Shown: piece by piece, positions 38,720-51,885 of the stretch
How the letters are laid out: each line of letters opens with the position of its first letter
Numbering within the stretch: position 1 is the stretch's first letter
NCBI GenBank assembly: GCA_016748015.1
Contig: JAAOMT010000198.1
Coordinates: 356,797 to 420,796, forward strand
Source: Geosiphon pyriformis uo1
Taxonomy: Eukaryota > Fungi > Glomeromycota
Length of the DNA: 64,000 nucleotides
Reading direction: 5' to 3'
The notes under the pieces: generated by a model
Database searches by the model: none
What the model saw: the letters and a program-made list of their open reading frames with translations, nothing else
What the model was told of the DNA's origin: nothing
Program-made: the position numbers and the translations under genes

Positions 38720-39683
38720 TGTTACCGGAGGTTTTTGGTCTCTTTTCTGTAATGTTGTTAATACTTATTTGCTGTGAATTCACGTTTTCTGGATGTGGTT
38801 GAACCTCCAGTAACTGAATTTTTGACTTCAAATTATCTCCTATAATTTGAACTTGCTGAGTTTATGAGTGGAATGGCCAATTCCGTGCCAGTTGCTTTAT
38901 GTAGTTACATTGTAGTAAACGTCAACTCTTTTCCAGGAATTGCTCGTCTGGAAGCTCACTAAAAATGTGTAATTACTTTGCTGTGAAAGTCAACTCTTCT
39001 ACAGGAATCTCATCTGTAGGCTACCCTAATGATTGTAATAAGAAAAGAAAAGAAAAATAAAAGAAATGTAAAAGAAATAAGATTTTTATCAAGAGAACGT
39101 TTTTCTATCCAGGTCTGGAGTCACTAACAGTTTACTGAAATTGGTAGCTAATCAATTTTGAAATGTTAGTTGGGTTTTGGGGATTTTCCAAATACAATAA
39201 TTAAAAAATTTGGTTTTTCAAATTATTTGATATTTATTTCTTTTTGTGTGTATAAGAATGGTTTTAAGAGATAAATCTAAAGTAAGATACATTTTTTCGA
39301 AGAGAGAAGCTCTTCTTTTATACAACTTGTCATAACACTATTCTATGAACTTGAACTTTGCTATTTTCTACAATTTTGCTGAACTAAAGATACATTTTGG
39401 CAAACTACAAGTTATTTCTGCGAACTATTAGATATTTCGGTGAACTATCAATTATTTCGGCAAACTTTTGAATGTTACATAGTTTGGGGTATTGCATGAT
39501 TGATCATCGCAATTAGGTTACATTTGTGTTGTGTACAATTTGGGTTATTAATTAAATGATAATTTCGGACATTCTTTGCTAATGTAATAAGTGATAATTT
39601 GAAATGATAATATATGCTAATTAATGATAGGAATTATAAGATAGTTTCATGCTAAATGATATTTCTAATTTTGTCTAGTAACA
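38720..39683 (-). repeat. 3' LTR of Ty3 copy 2
   Basis: TGTTA...TAACA termini, PPT adjacent; lacks one U3 unit of about 20 bp relative to its 5' LTR. Confidence 0.95.
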
Positions 39684-39940
39684 TAACCTTCTTCTCAAGA
39701 CTGAGCTCTGTCAAAGTCCAAGTACTGTCTGTTATTTCCAAATAATAATCCAAAATTATTGAAGAAATTTGGTCTGAAAATTGTTGAAATTTTAATTCTG
39801 TGAGCTTTCTGATGTATTGAATCTTCAAAGGTTGAAAAATTGGGTTTTGTAGTACATTTTCACAGGTGTGGAATAGGTCATAAAGTCTAAGAGCAGCTTT
39901 AAGCCTGTAGTGACTGTTTGTTGATCCAGCTGTTGTCTTG

Positions 39941-42900
39941 AATTTGTTGTGGAGTTGTTGGCTTTGGGCAGGTGTAGATTTCCGGATGTTCTCCAAAAGG
40001 TGAGATAGTAATTGGTTGTAGAAGTCTGAGAATCTGGTGGGATTCATTCTGTGTGTTAAGAGCTATATTAACTGGAACTGTGAATCGTCCAGTTGAACCA
40101 AAACCTTGGGTTCCTCTATCACTTTTTCCTAATTGTTCTCTTTGATTGACTAGTTGTAAACCTGAAATGTTAATTAAGGGTAGGTAAATAGCTTGGACAA
40201 TTTTTTCAGCATGTTTGATCTTGAATGGTTTGTTAGTTTTATTTTGAAGCATCACTGTTATGTCTCCAGTATATCCAGCATCGATTATTCTTTCTCTAAC
40301 ATTGATTCCTTTGCTTGCCAGAGAGGACTGGGAGGTGATTTGAACCATTGCTCTTGGCAGGATTTCGAGTGCAATTTTGAGGTTGATTTTTGTGAGAGAT
40401 TTGGGTTTAAGAACAAAAGTATCCTTGCCTGGATATCTTAGGTCATATCTAGCATCAATTTCATGTGCTTTTTTGGGTTTTATTCCTTGTCCGTTGTTGT
40501 TGAAGTATTTAAGTTGTAAGGCAGGCTGATTTTTGATAAGGTAGATGGGTGTTGTTTCAATTTTTTCCGTTTCTTCAGGTTCTCCAAATTCAATTTTATT
40601 CTCATCATTTTTGCCGGGCAAGGGGATACTAAGAGCATAGCATTCAGGACACCATTGTTCATCACAAAACATAATGCATTCTTCACATAGCCTAATGTTT
40701 ATTTGCTCTAATTGTTGAATTTAAGCTTCTTGGGTCGGGTAGGTGTGACTTGCAATTTGGTGGTAGACTTCTACTTCATCTTCGTAATCAAATCCAGCTA
40801 ATTCCATAGTGTATTCAATGTATTCTGCTTCTTTCATTTGACGAACATCTTCTTTGGTAGCTCCATTAATTAATGCCATTGCTAAGTCGAAAATCATCTC
40901 GATATCATGAGGGTAGTGATAAAGTTTGTTGAGAACACTGTTGTATGCTGCATTAAAGGGTGTTCCTCTTTTTACTTTTTCTGAAATTGATAAAGCATAT
41001 TGGCAGGTCTGATTGCAGATGCCTCCTCTCATTGCTACATCAATCCAATTGCATTCTTTCAGTAGCATATCTCCACAAGTCAAACAAAGGGTGTTGTCTC
41101 ATTTTCTGCTCCTTTTTATTAGATGGCCCCATCGCTCTCTGTGGCAAGTCTTGCAGTAATAAAAAGTATGATTTTTATATTCTTCTTCAGGTGAAATGCA
41201 GGCTCCCATTGACAATAGTTTCTTGTGGCAGTCCTTACATTTAAGGAGAATATAGGGGCGTTGTTTCCTTGGTTCGGGTTTTGAGTAAGGTATATTCTAT
41301 TCAGAGGTTTTGGGTTCAGTGTGTGTGGTAAAATATTCTTGTTCTGTTTTATCAGCCCAGTTGGATGTTAATCCAAGAGCCATGAATGTTTCGATTATTG
41401 GTTTTTTTTCTTCTGGTTCAAATTCAAAAGCCGGGGCTTTTTCAGAGCATTTGTTGAATGTACCACAAATGGCAGGTACCTGGGCATGTTGTCCTTGATA
41501 GAAGATTGTTAACTCTTGTGTTTCCCAATTCAGATTAGCATTGGCTTTTTGAAGCCAATCATTTCCGACGAGAGCTTAGTACTGGAGTGCGTCCATTATA
41601 AGAACTTTGACTGGAATGGTAATTCCATCAAGAGTAAACAGAAAATTGTCAATTTCTCTTACTGGGGTCTTTTTCATGCTATCAGCAGTGATGATTACTG
41701 TTTGAGCTGGTCGGTCGACATTTTTTTTCAACTGTTGCATTAACTGGTAGGTGATAATGCTTCTGGTGAATTCACTGTCTAGGATCAAGCGAATTGGCTT
41801 TCCTTCTACTTCAGCTTCTGTGTACATTGCAGTGATGGCTTTTTGCTCATTAGCCACTGCATTGCTAAACAAGAATGGTGATTCATTTGCTTCAAATTCG
41901 AAAGGAAAGATATCAGAGAGATTGGCATTTTCAGCAATTCAGGCTGGTGGAATAGTGGTGTGGTTATGAGAAGGGTTTTGTTGTTGTTGTGCTGCAGCTC
42001 TACCTTCCAAGAGTACAGTATGGTGAAAATTCTGTTCTTCTGGCATTGTTAAATAACTGGGTTGAGTGTGGTAGTGGTTGAGTCTTGGTTGAGTGGTATT
42101 TCAGAGAACCAATTGGTTGTTTGAACTGATTCTACTGTTGTTTACTTGGTATCAGTTTTGTGGTGTGGATTGATTTTGTGTAATCAGTCTTCGAGCAGGT
42201 ACTTGATAATGTTGTGTGGATGGTTGTTGGTATTGCTGTTGAATTGGTTGTGAGGTGGGCTGATAATAGTTATTTTGGTATTGGGGTCTTGGTGGATAGT
42301 AAGCTGGTGGTGATGGTTAATAATAAGATTGCTGTGGTGGAGAGTAACGTTGATTACCCCTATTTTGTTGGTCTCATTGTAGCTTTCTGCAATCTTTTTT
42401 CCAGTGGTCAGAGATTTCACAGTAATGGCAATTCTGGGGCTGGTTATTGGAAAGTAGTGTAAAGTTATTTTGATTTCGTCTTTGGGGTGGTTGATCTTTT
42501 TGTTGTTGTTGGTTGGTAAAATAGTTTTCGACCTTCTTTGTGAGTTGGTTAATTTTTTCCTCAGCTGCTGAGCTGGTTTCTCTAATTGCCAAATTTACAA
42601 GTTTTGTACAATTGGCCTCTTCCATGGCCATCTCGTATCTTTTCACATGCTGTATGGCAGAGTTTAAATCTTCTGGTGCATATGGACGAACCTTTTTAAT
42701 TAGTTTATCTTTTAGACCAGTGATAAATTGATCCAAGATTTGAGCATCGGAATAATAATTGTTTGTCTCAAGTTGGCAAATCCATCTGAGAAGTTTATTG
42801 AATTTCCCAATATAAGTCATAATGGATTCGGAGGGTTTTTGTTTGATATTTCAAAAACAATTGCGAAGAGTAATGAAGGTATTATTGTCGGTGAACTGTT

Positions 42901-43849
42901 CAAGGAAGACTGCTTTGAAAGCGTTCCAATCATTGAATGGGGTGGCCAGGTTTTCAAACCATTCTCCTGCTGTTTCTTTGAGAAAGTATGGAATTGTTTT
43001 TAACATTCTGGTGGCATTCCATCCATTTGCATCTCCAGTTTTAGTAACTTGGTTGAGCCATTCTTGAGGACTGGTCTCAATGTCTTTTCCATTAAAGTCA
43101 GAGATTTTTGCAATGTATGTTGTCATTTTGTCTTCTTTGTTTTCACTGTCTATTGATTCTTCTTCAGTTATTTCAGAGTTGTTTTCTTTATTTGCTGCTA
43201 TCTCAGAGTGTTTACTTTGATTTTCAGCTAGAAAATCAAGGAGATTGGAACTAGTTTGAAGAGGTTCTTGTTGTCTGGTGGGACTTCTGAGTGATGTAAA
43301 ATCTTTTGGTCTTGCAAATCAATTCAAGGGTGAATTAGGTGTTTGTGCTTGTACAAGTGAAGCTGGAAAAGGTGTGATAGTAAATGGAAGTTTTGAGCTG
43401 GTTCCTTGTTCAGGTGTTTGTAGATGTTTGAATGATATTTTGGAAGTATTGGGTGTTGTGTAAACAGGTCAGTTATCTTTTTGTCTTTTGTTGCTACTGG
43501 TTTCAGGTTCAGATTCGAGTTCAAAGGCAAATTGTGCATTTGCAGGATATTTTTCTTCACAGAATTGAATGATATTATAATCGAGTTCCTCAAAATAAGT
43601 AGCACAAGCTTCAGCACTAATGTTTTCTGATTCAGTATTGGAATAGTGTAGTATGTTCTCAAGAAGATCTCTTTTAACTGTTGTAATGTTATAGTTCCCA
43701 AAGAGGTAGTTGTTGATTCGATTTTCAATGTATTGAAAAAGTGTTTTCTTGAAAGCTATAATTTCGTCGCATATTTCAAATTGTTGTTTACAGTGTGTGT
43801 AAATTGATTGATAGTACTCTAAGGTTGTGATGTCTGAGGCAGTCGCCAC
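39941..43849 (-). pseudogene. gag-PR-Cys-rich-dUTPase of Ty3 copy 2
   Basis: GTG at 43849, MTTYIAKI at 43126, CHYCEISDHWKKDC, LILDS, dUTPase motifs. Confidence 0.9.
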
Positions 43850-43891
43850 TTTGAATTTGTTGCTGTGTTATTTCCGTGGGAGAGCACCAAA

Positions 43892-44874
43892 TGTTACCGG
43901 AGGTTTTTGGTCTCTTTTCTGTAATGTTGTTGATACTTATTTGCTGTGAATTCACATTTTCTGGATGTGGTTGAACCTCCAGTAACTGAATTTTTGACTT
44001 CAAATTATCTCCTATAATTTGAACTTGCTGGGCTTATGAGTGGAATGGCCAATTCCATGCCAGTTGCTTTATGTAGTTACGTTGTAGTAAACATCAACTC
44101 TTTCCCAGGAATTGCTCATCTGGAAGCTCACTAAAAATGTGTAGTTACTTTGCTGTGAAAGTCAACTCTTCTACAGGAATCTCATCTGTAGGCTACCATA
44201 ATGATTGTAATAAGAAAAGAAAAAAAAATAAAAGAAATGTAAAAGAAATAAGATTTTTATTAAGGGAACGTTTTTCTATCCAGGCCTAGAGTCACTAACA
44301 GTTTACTGAAATTGGTAGCTAATCAATTTTGAAATGTTAGTTGGGTTTTGGGGATTTTCCAAGTACAATAATTAAAGAATTTGGTTTTTTAAATTATTTG
44401 ATATTTATTTCTTTTTGTGTGTATAGGAATGGTTTTAAGAGATAAATCTAAAGTAAGATACATTTTCTTGAAGAGAGAAGCTTTTTTTTTATACAACTTG
44501 TCGTAACACTATTCTATGAACTTGAACTTTGCTATTTTCTACAATTTCGCTGAACTAAAGATACATTTCGGTGAACTACAAGTTATTTCTGCGAACTATT
44601 AGATATTTTGGTGAACTATCAATTATTTTGGCAAATTTCTATAAATTTTGGCAAACTTCTGAATGTTACATAGTTCGGAGTATTGCATGATTGATTATCG
44701 CAATTAGGTTATATTTGTGTTGTGTACAATTTGGGTTATTAATTAAATGATAATTTCGGACATTCTTTGCTAATGTAATAAGTGATAATTTAAAATGATA
44801 ATATATGCTAATTAATGATAGGAATTATAAGATAGTTTCATGCTAAATGATATTTCTAATTTCATCTGGTAACA
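43892..44874 (-). repeat. 5' LTR of Ty3 copy 2
   Basis: Repeat of 38720-39683, followed by the PBS TGGTGCTCTCCCACGGAA. Confidence 0.95.
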
Positions 44875-45698
44875 ATGTGCCCTTCAAAACTAAAAAGTTG
44901 TTCCCATAAAAAACATCAAAAGTGCTATATACTAAAGAAATCCTATCAGAGAGAATCTTGGAAAGAATTTTGCGAGCTGTTTCAATTAAAGCAATAGGAT
45001 AAGTATTTATCAAAATACTCTCCCAGTCATAAGGCTTAGGAATTATTAAGATCCAAGCCTTCTTTCAAGAGCTGAGTACAGATTCACAAGCCAAACAAGA
45101 GTTCAAAGTATTAAAGCAGATTAAGAACTGATTTATCACAATACTTTCAAAGCTCATTCAAGACACCCAAGAGGCCAGCAGCTTTACTATCAGGCAAATT
45201 AAAAACTATCCTATACAATTCATCAAATCCAATTGAACACATCACACCAGAAAAAGCTTCATCAAAAACATATTCCAAAGGTTAATATTGATGGCTCCAA
45301 TAATTGAAAACATCATTGACCACTCAATGCCTTCTAATCCAGTCTTCTATGATTGTATTTATCTTAGATTTGACCAACTCTGGCTCCAAGACCAACTTAT
45401 TGCCCACAACTAAATAATCTAATACAGTAAACTCTCTCTATAGTCCCTCTGGTTATAGTCACTATCTTCTTATAATTACATTTTTTTAAAAACCAAAACT
45501 ATTTATATATAATATTATCTCCTTATAGTCACTTTTACTATATTTATCTTCTTATAATCCCTATTTCCACAAACATAATAGCAGAATATAAGTAATTTCC
45601 ACTCTTTATAGTCACACTATAATTATATGATATTAGATATAAACATTAGATGTTATCTCATATTTAATCGGACATATACAGTTAGGGAAATTTCCTGA

Positions 45699-46500
45699 TT
45701 GTCAATGGAAATCATTCTTTTTATGGTAGTAAAAAAAATTAGAGAAGTTTCTGAAAACGATTGTAAAACACTAAACAAAATTTCTCAAATATTACAACAT
45801 TCAATTATTCTTCTTTATAAGCCACCACTGCCATCAGAAGACAATAACAGAACTATTATATCTGGCTTGTTATTTGTAAGTATTATGAGAGTTTTAATAA
45901 TAGTTGACATATGGTACAGTACTGCTGCTCTTGGTGCTTTGGAGACTGGTAGTGCTTTGAAGGCTGTTGCTACAAGTATCAATGAAGTTACTCTGAATCA
46001 AACTTTGGCTAATGAGATTACTTTTTCTCCATATTGGAAGAAGGAATTAACAGACCTACAAGCAATAATAATGGCCCAATGGGATCTTTTAGGAACAAGT
46101 TTGTTAATGGGACATTGCTTAAGCAAATTAACTGGAAACAGAATTCAAATTTACCTTTCCTTAGAAAAAGAAATGTGATCAGTAATAAAACTCAGAGCAT
46201 GAGAATTCTAATATATACCCAATAAATACATTTTCATACCAACTTTGATATTCATGATTAAAAAAGAGCTCCATATTAGCAATCATATTCATCATTCGAC
46301 CAATATTTAGTATTAGTGAGTGAAAGTTTGACTGATAGTTTTAAAGATGTATTAAAAATCAACTTTTTTGGGACAAATAAATCCATGTTAAATGCTTTTC
46401 ATAATTCAAACATAATCATGCAGAATAGAGATTCAGATTTAGACTCAATATATTATGTTTTAAAAATGCCAATTATAAATGGTAATACACCCAACCCAAG
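45699..46500 (+). pseudogene. Unidentified gene fragment inside the pogo element
   Basis: Coding-like ORF with a probable GTAAGT...CAG intron at about 45875-45919; no recognisable motif. Confidence 0.35.
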
Positions 46501-46589
46501 GTAAACAAAACTGTACACAATACAATATATTTCTAACTTCTTGAAGGATATTTATTAGGCTGTCACACAATTAACTTGATAGCTTCGAA

Positions 46590-47590
46590 AACATGATTAC
46601 TTAAAAGAGATATTAGAGAGTTAATAATAGGTAATAGTTGTGATTTTATTAACAAATTTACATTTTTTGATGATCTGCTTCTTTACTTGTTACTGGAATT
46701 GATTTTCAAGTACCTAACAATATTTTCTTAATTCACCTTGCTTTAAAAAAGTCTATTCTTTTCATCCATGCAATTTCACTGAATTTTTTTATTTTTTCAC
46801 TTAATATTCATTCATGGCCAATATCACAAAAAATACAATTAGAGACATTTGGATTTACAAACTGTGTCTTTCTTATCTGAACTCGAAATCAATTTGATTC
46901 AGCAATAAAACTAGGATGTGTATGAGACCTGTATATTTTACTTTTAGAATATCCGATGACATTAAAGAAGTTAGTATGCAATCTCTCAAATTTGATACAG
47001 TTACATGCTGCAATTTTCCAATGTCATTGTGAAGGTGTAGAAGGAATCAACAATTTGAGCATTTTGTTAAATTTTTCAAGTATTGCATTATGGCCTTAAT
47101 GTTGATTTGAAAGTTTAGATCAAGAAATTACAATTTTTTTTTGAATTAGCTTGCAAACTTCAGGCTTTAATTGTAGCCATTGTTCTTTATCAGCAATTTC
47201 AATTAATTGGTAAATAAAATGGTGCCGAGCAGACCAAATTGGTGCAAACATTTGTCTAACTGCAAATCTTAATGAAGACTTATTAAAACAAACTTCAGTG
47301 TGAAAGTTAATAATTGCTTGTAAATAAAAAAAGACTTGTTCATACTTTAACCTAAACATGGAATCTGTTTCATTTTGGGCCCATTCTAAGTAATCTTTAA
47401 CAGATGGATTTTTCTTAGAAACAATATATGGCCATATTAATTTGGAAGCCATTACATGCCTATATATATTACATATCAAATTCCATGACTTATGATGATC
47501 AGAACATTTTTTAAAAAATTGCAGTTGACTTTTACTCTGATATCTCTGACATTGTGCAAAGTATTTTATATTGATATTTCAATTGATATA
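46590..47590 (-). pseudogene. Transposase-like gene fragment (possibly Academ/DUF6589-type) inside the pogo element
   Basis: A single frame of about 330 codons with stops: YFAQCQ(R/G)YQS..QLQFFKKCSDHHKSW...WSARHH.IYQ...GH(N/D)AILE..NK...IPVTSKEA. The family assignment comes from motif recollection only. Confidence 0.5.
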
Positions 47591-47968
47591 GACATTGCTA
47601 TGTTTGGAGGGCTTGACAACATAACATTGTGCTATCTTCTATGCGATTATACAAGTATGTGGAGAATCAAATTAACAGTCTTCATTATTAATCATTAGTT
47701 GGAGGTAAGAGACAAAAAGTGTCACAGATGTATTATTAAAATTAGGTTTCTTTTTACTGAGAATCTGTCATTTGTACTTAGAATCCTACAGTTGGATTAA
47801 AAACTTTATTTTTATAATTTGACTGCTTTTTATAATCTGAGGCATCTCATATGACATGAAACACCTCACATATCCGATTAGATATAAGGCAAAATGACAT
47901 TTGAGACATAACAAATATATTAATACATTATAAAAGCAAAATGCAATAAAAAGTGTGTTCTTATTAGC

Positions 47969-49528
47969 ATGCCAAAAAACGTGAACCAAAAACAAGCAGC
48001 AATCTCCTTGGAGACTAAAAAAACTCTCTGTTAGTACAAACTAGAGCATTTTGACTACTCAGCAAATAGACTTATTAAAATATTTAATCTAAAGGTTGAC
48101 CACTCCACTGTAACAAAGATACTCACAAAATCAGACTGATGAATTGAAAAGAATGTATCTGACAACTCTGGTTAATTGACAAAGGACAGAAAAAAGATGT
48201 TTCTGAAAATAAATGATGCACTGAGAGAATGGATGCTTGGAGCACTAGCTACCAACTGCATTCTTACTGAAAAAATTTTACAAATGAAAGCCCTTAAGTT
48301 TGCTAAAAAGTTTCCAAAAAAAAATAACTTTAAAGCATCAGATGGTTGGTTAGAAAAGTTCAAGAAACGTCATAATTTGCATCACATTAAGATACATGGC
48401 AAAGCAAACAGTGCCCTCTTGGAAATTTTACCAAAGGAATGAGAGAAACTGCGTGAGATTATCAGTGAATATGATCTAAATAATGTTTACAATACTGATG
48501 AGACAGTATTATTCTTTAGAATACCACCAAATGCAACTTTGGCAACAAGATCTACCTCTGGCACCAAGCATAATAAGAGTTGAATTACCATACTTCTTGC
48601 TTGTAATGCAACAGGCAGCATCAAGTTGCAGTCTTTAATTATTGGCAAAGCTACAAAACCATGATGTTTTTGCAATATTAATATGAATGCACTTCCAATC
48701 ACTTATTATTACAATACAAAAGCATAGATGCAAACCAATATTTTTAGTGAATAGCTTAATTTATTAAATGAAAAAATGCATCACAAGAAAAAAAAGATTT
48801 TGCTATTGCTTGATAATGCTGGTCTCCATGATAGAAAATCTTCTGTATTATCTAATATTATGATTAAATACTTACTATTCAATACAACATTCCATTTGCA
48901 ACCATTAGATGCAAGAATTATTGCATTTTTTAAGGCACAATACCAAAAGTTGTTTCTTTTCCATCTTATTAATTAGTATGATAACAAGATTCCAATATTA
49001 ACAGTAACATTAAAGGATGTGGTTGACTTTTTAATTAATGCATGGTCAGTAGTAACAACAACTACAATCCAAAACTGTTGGTGTCATATGAGAATTCTGA
49101 ATAATAATCAAATGCCAGCCCATCTATTAGATATTAAACAAGAACTCTTACAAGAAGTACAAGTTTTTATTGAGCATGTTAATATTGATAAGCTATTGGC
49201 AATAGACTTCATTAATATTGACAAGTTTGAACCATTATTTACTTATGTCTCAGAGAATGAAATTGTGGATTTTATTAACAACAAGTATAGTGGAAATTCT
49301 AATGCAAATAAAGATTTAGAAAGTGAAAATGAAGATAAACCTTTGCCTTTGCTATCTACACATCAAAGTAAAATTGCACTTGAAAATACATTGCACTATT
49401 GTGAAGAGCAGTATAGTGAAAAAGTTGATTTAAACTTTTTTAAAACTTTGAGAACATTAATTTGTAATACTGTTCTCAAAGTTCAAGAAGAGAAAAAACA
49501 GTTGCAAATAGATAGCTTTTTTAAATAA
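47969..49528 (+). pseudogene. pogo-family transposase (CENP-B-type HTH plus DD31D)
   Basis: One frame of 520 codons: FKASDGWLEKFKKRH, YNTDET, LLLDNA and LQPLD. Confidence 0.92.
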
Positions 49529-50848
49529 AATATATATAATTGGTTATTATATTATGCATGTAATATATAGATCATGTGATAAGATATTGATCATTTTTTA
49601 TAGTCACATCTCTCTATAGTTACCACAAATGTGCTAACCAAAAAGTGTGATTATAAAGAGAATTCACTATACCACTTTACAAGAAAGATGCTCTAGTACA
49701 CTTCTGATGATATGACCCTTATCCAATTCAAAATTTTCTATCCTCTTGCAAATTGCCTGTCTGATATGAGATTTTTCAGCATGCTTTGATTTTAACAATT
49801 TGGAAGAGCAATAAGACTTCCTTACTTTAGCCAGCTTAGAACAAACAGCATTAAAACTATCATTTAAAAGAAAAAGAGATTTTACTCTCACCATACCACC
49901 ATTATCAATTCTATCTCAAGTCTTTAACAATAAAACAAAATCCTTACTAGAAGCCAAATGAGAAGCTTTCACTAACTTGGATACCAGTAACTCAAGTTTA
50001 TGAAACTTAAAAGACACTTTGGTAAAAACACTATCAAAACCCTTGAACCACTTTTTTCTAAAAGTGCTATTGGCAGAAAAAACTATTATCTTGTAACAAC
50101 AGCCCACATTGTATCCAGATCCAAAAATGATTTAGCTCTAGCAAACTCATTCAAAAACATAGTAGTATTAGCTACCATGACATTCTTAAACTTGCACCAT
50201 TTTACTACATTAGCATTTTTGACATCAAACTTTTAACAATCTTTATTAGTTTGTTTTCATTGTGAAGACAGCTACATATCCAACAAATCACCAAGACCCA
50301 TGGAGACAACAACAGTCTTGTAATTAGTATTAAAATAGTTTATTACTTCAGCCATACTGCAGTTCACTATTGAATTAACCAAATTAAAAGAAATAAACAT
50401 GTAATCAATCACTTTGGTGACTCCATGAAAATTGCACCATATCAACATTTTAGCAATTGAGCCCTCACCCAAAAAGTTGACCAAACCCAAATCAAGACAC
50501 TTTTTGTAACTGGCATATTTACAAGAACTATCTTCATTGAAGTCGCCACCAAGAATGATAAAAGAAGACTCATTTACAGCTTTAGCAATAAGAGAGTTAA
50601 TCTCACCAGCTTGGGAGAAATGAACTGAGAAAGAGACACCAGCATAAAGCCCCAGAATTGAAACAAAAAGTTTATTTTTGAAGAGCAACTTGATAGAAAA
50701 AAGCCAACCAGGTACTTCAAAAATCTTAAACATGTGCTTTGTCAAAGAATTGTCTATGACTATAGCAACACCTGAACCCAAATAGCCAGAGTTCATACCT
50801 GAAGTAAACACATAGACACTACTAAATTTGTTAATAATTCAAAGACAG

Positions 50849-51838
50849 TGTTACCAGTAAAATTTTAGCTATTAATTAGCATAAAATTACCCTTATAATT
50901 CCTATAATTAATTAGTATATTAATATCATTTCAAATTATCATTTATTATTTAATCAATTATCACATATCACGATTCAATTAAATAATCCAATTAGTATAA
51001 CAAAAAGTAGAATGATCAAATTACACAATACCCTGAACTTTGTAACATTCAAAAGTTCACCGAAATTTACAGAAATTCGCCGAAATTTATAGAAATTCGC
51101 CGAAATTATGAATAGTTCACCCAAATTAATCAATAGTTCAGCGAAATAACTTGTAGTCCATCAAAATGTATCTTTAGTTTGCCAAAATTGAGCAAAGAGA
51201 AAAAGTGCAAGTTCATAGACTAGTACTACAACAAGTTGTATAAAAGAAGAGCTTTTCTTTTCAAGAAAATATATCTTACTTTAGATTTATCACTTAGAAC
51301 CATTCCTATATACACAAAAAGAAATAAATATCAAATAATTCAGAAAAACCAAATTCTTTAATTATTGCACTTGAAACATCCCCAAAACCCAACTAACGTT
51401 TTGAAATTGATTAGCTACCAATTTTGGTAAACTGTTAGTGACTCCAGGCCTGAATAAAAAACGTTTCTCTTAATAAAATCCTATTTCTTTTACATTTCTT
51501 TTATTTTTATTTTTTTTTCTTATTATAATCATTAAGGTAGCCTACAGACAAGATTCCTGTAGAAGAGTTGACTTTCACAGCAAAGTAACTACACATTTTT
51601 AATGAGCTTCCAGATGAGCAATTCTTGGGAAAAAGTTGACATTTACTACAACGTAACTACATAAAGTAACTGGCAAGAAATTGGCCATTCCACTTATAAG
51701 CCCAGCAGTTCAAATTATAGGAGATAATTTAAAGATAAATTCAGTTATTGGAGGTTCAACTACTTCTAGAAAACGTGAATTTGCAACCAACAGACAATTA
51801 CAACATTCAAAAAAAGAGACCAAAAACCTCTGGTAATA
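50849..51838 (+). repeat. 5' LTR of Ty3 copy 3
   Basis: Homologous to the other family-1 LTRs; seven U3 palindrome units at 51056-51186. Confidence 0.93.
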
Positions 51839-51885
51839 TTTGGTGCTCTCTCATAGAAATAACACAGCAAACAACAAACTTCAAA

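Larger units (their letters stand above)
38720..44874 (-). mobile_element. Internally deleted Ty3 (family 1, copy 2), 6155 bp, lacking RT, RH and IN
   Basis: LTRs 38720-39683 and 43892-44874; TSD ACGT/ATGT; PBS 43872-43889; the post-dUTPase region is fused to ORF3 at 39941-39959. Confidence 0.95.
45425..49669 (+). mobile_element. pogo/Tigger-like Tc1-mariner DNA transposon with about 2.3 kb of extra sequence
   Basis: TIRs CAGTAAACTCTCTCTATAGTC and (reverse complement) TAGTGAATTCTCTTTATAATC; TA TSD at 45423-24 and 49670-71; subterminal TATAGTCAC repeats; removing it restores the LINE C frame. Confidence 0.92.
35770..50848 (-). mobile_element. LINE C, interrupted by Ty3 copy 2 and the pogo element, and cut near the ORF2 start by Ty3 copy 3
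   Basis: ORF2 segments 35901-38719, 44879-45424 and 49672-50848 rejoin in frame (VLKGT|STQS, CKVV|LDYL); 3' UTR homologous to LINE A and B. Confidence 0.92.

Noticed and set aside
51748-51885. Gag frame open upstream through U5 and the PBS in copy 3
   Set aside because: The equivalent U5 frame is out of register with gag in copies 1 and 2, so it is not conserved.
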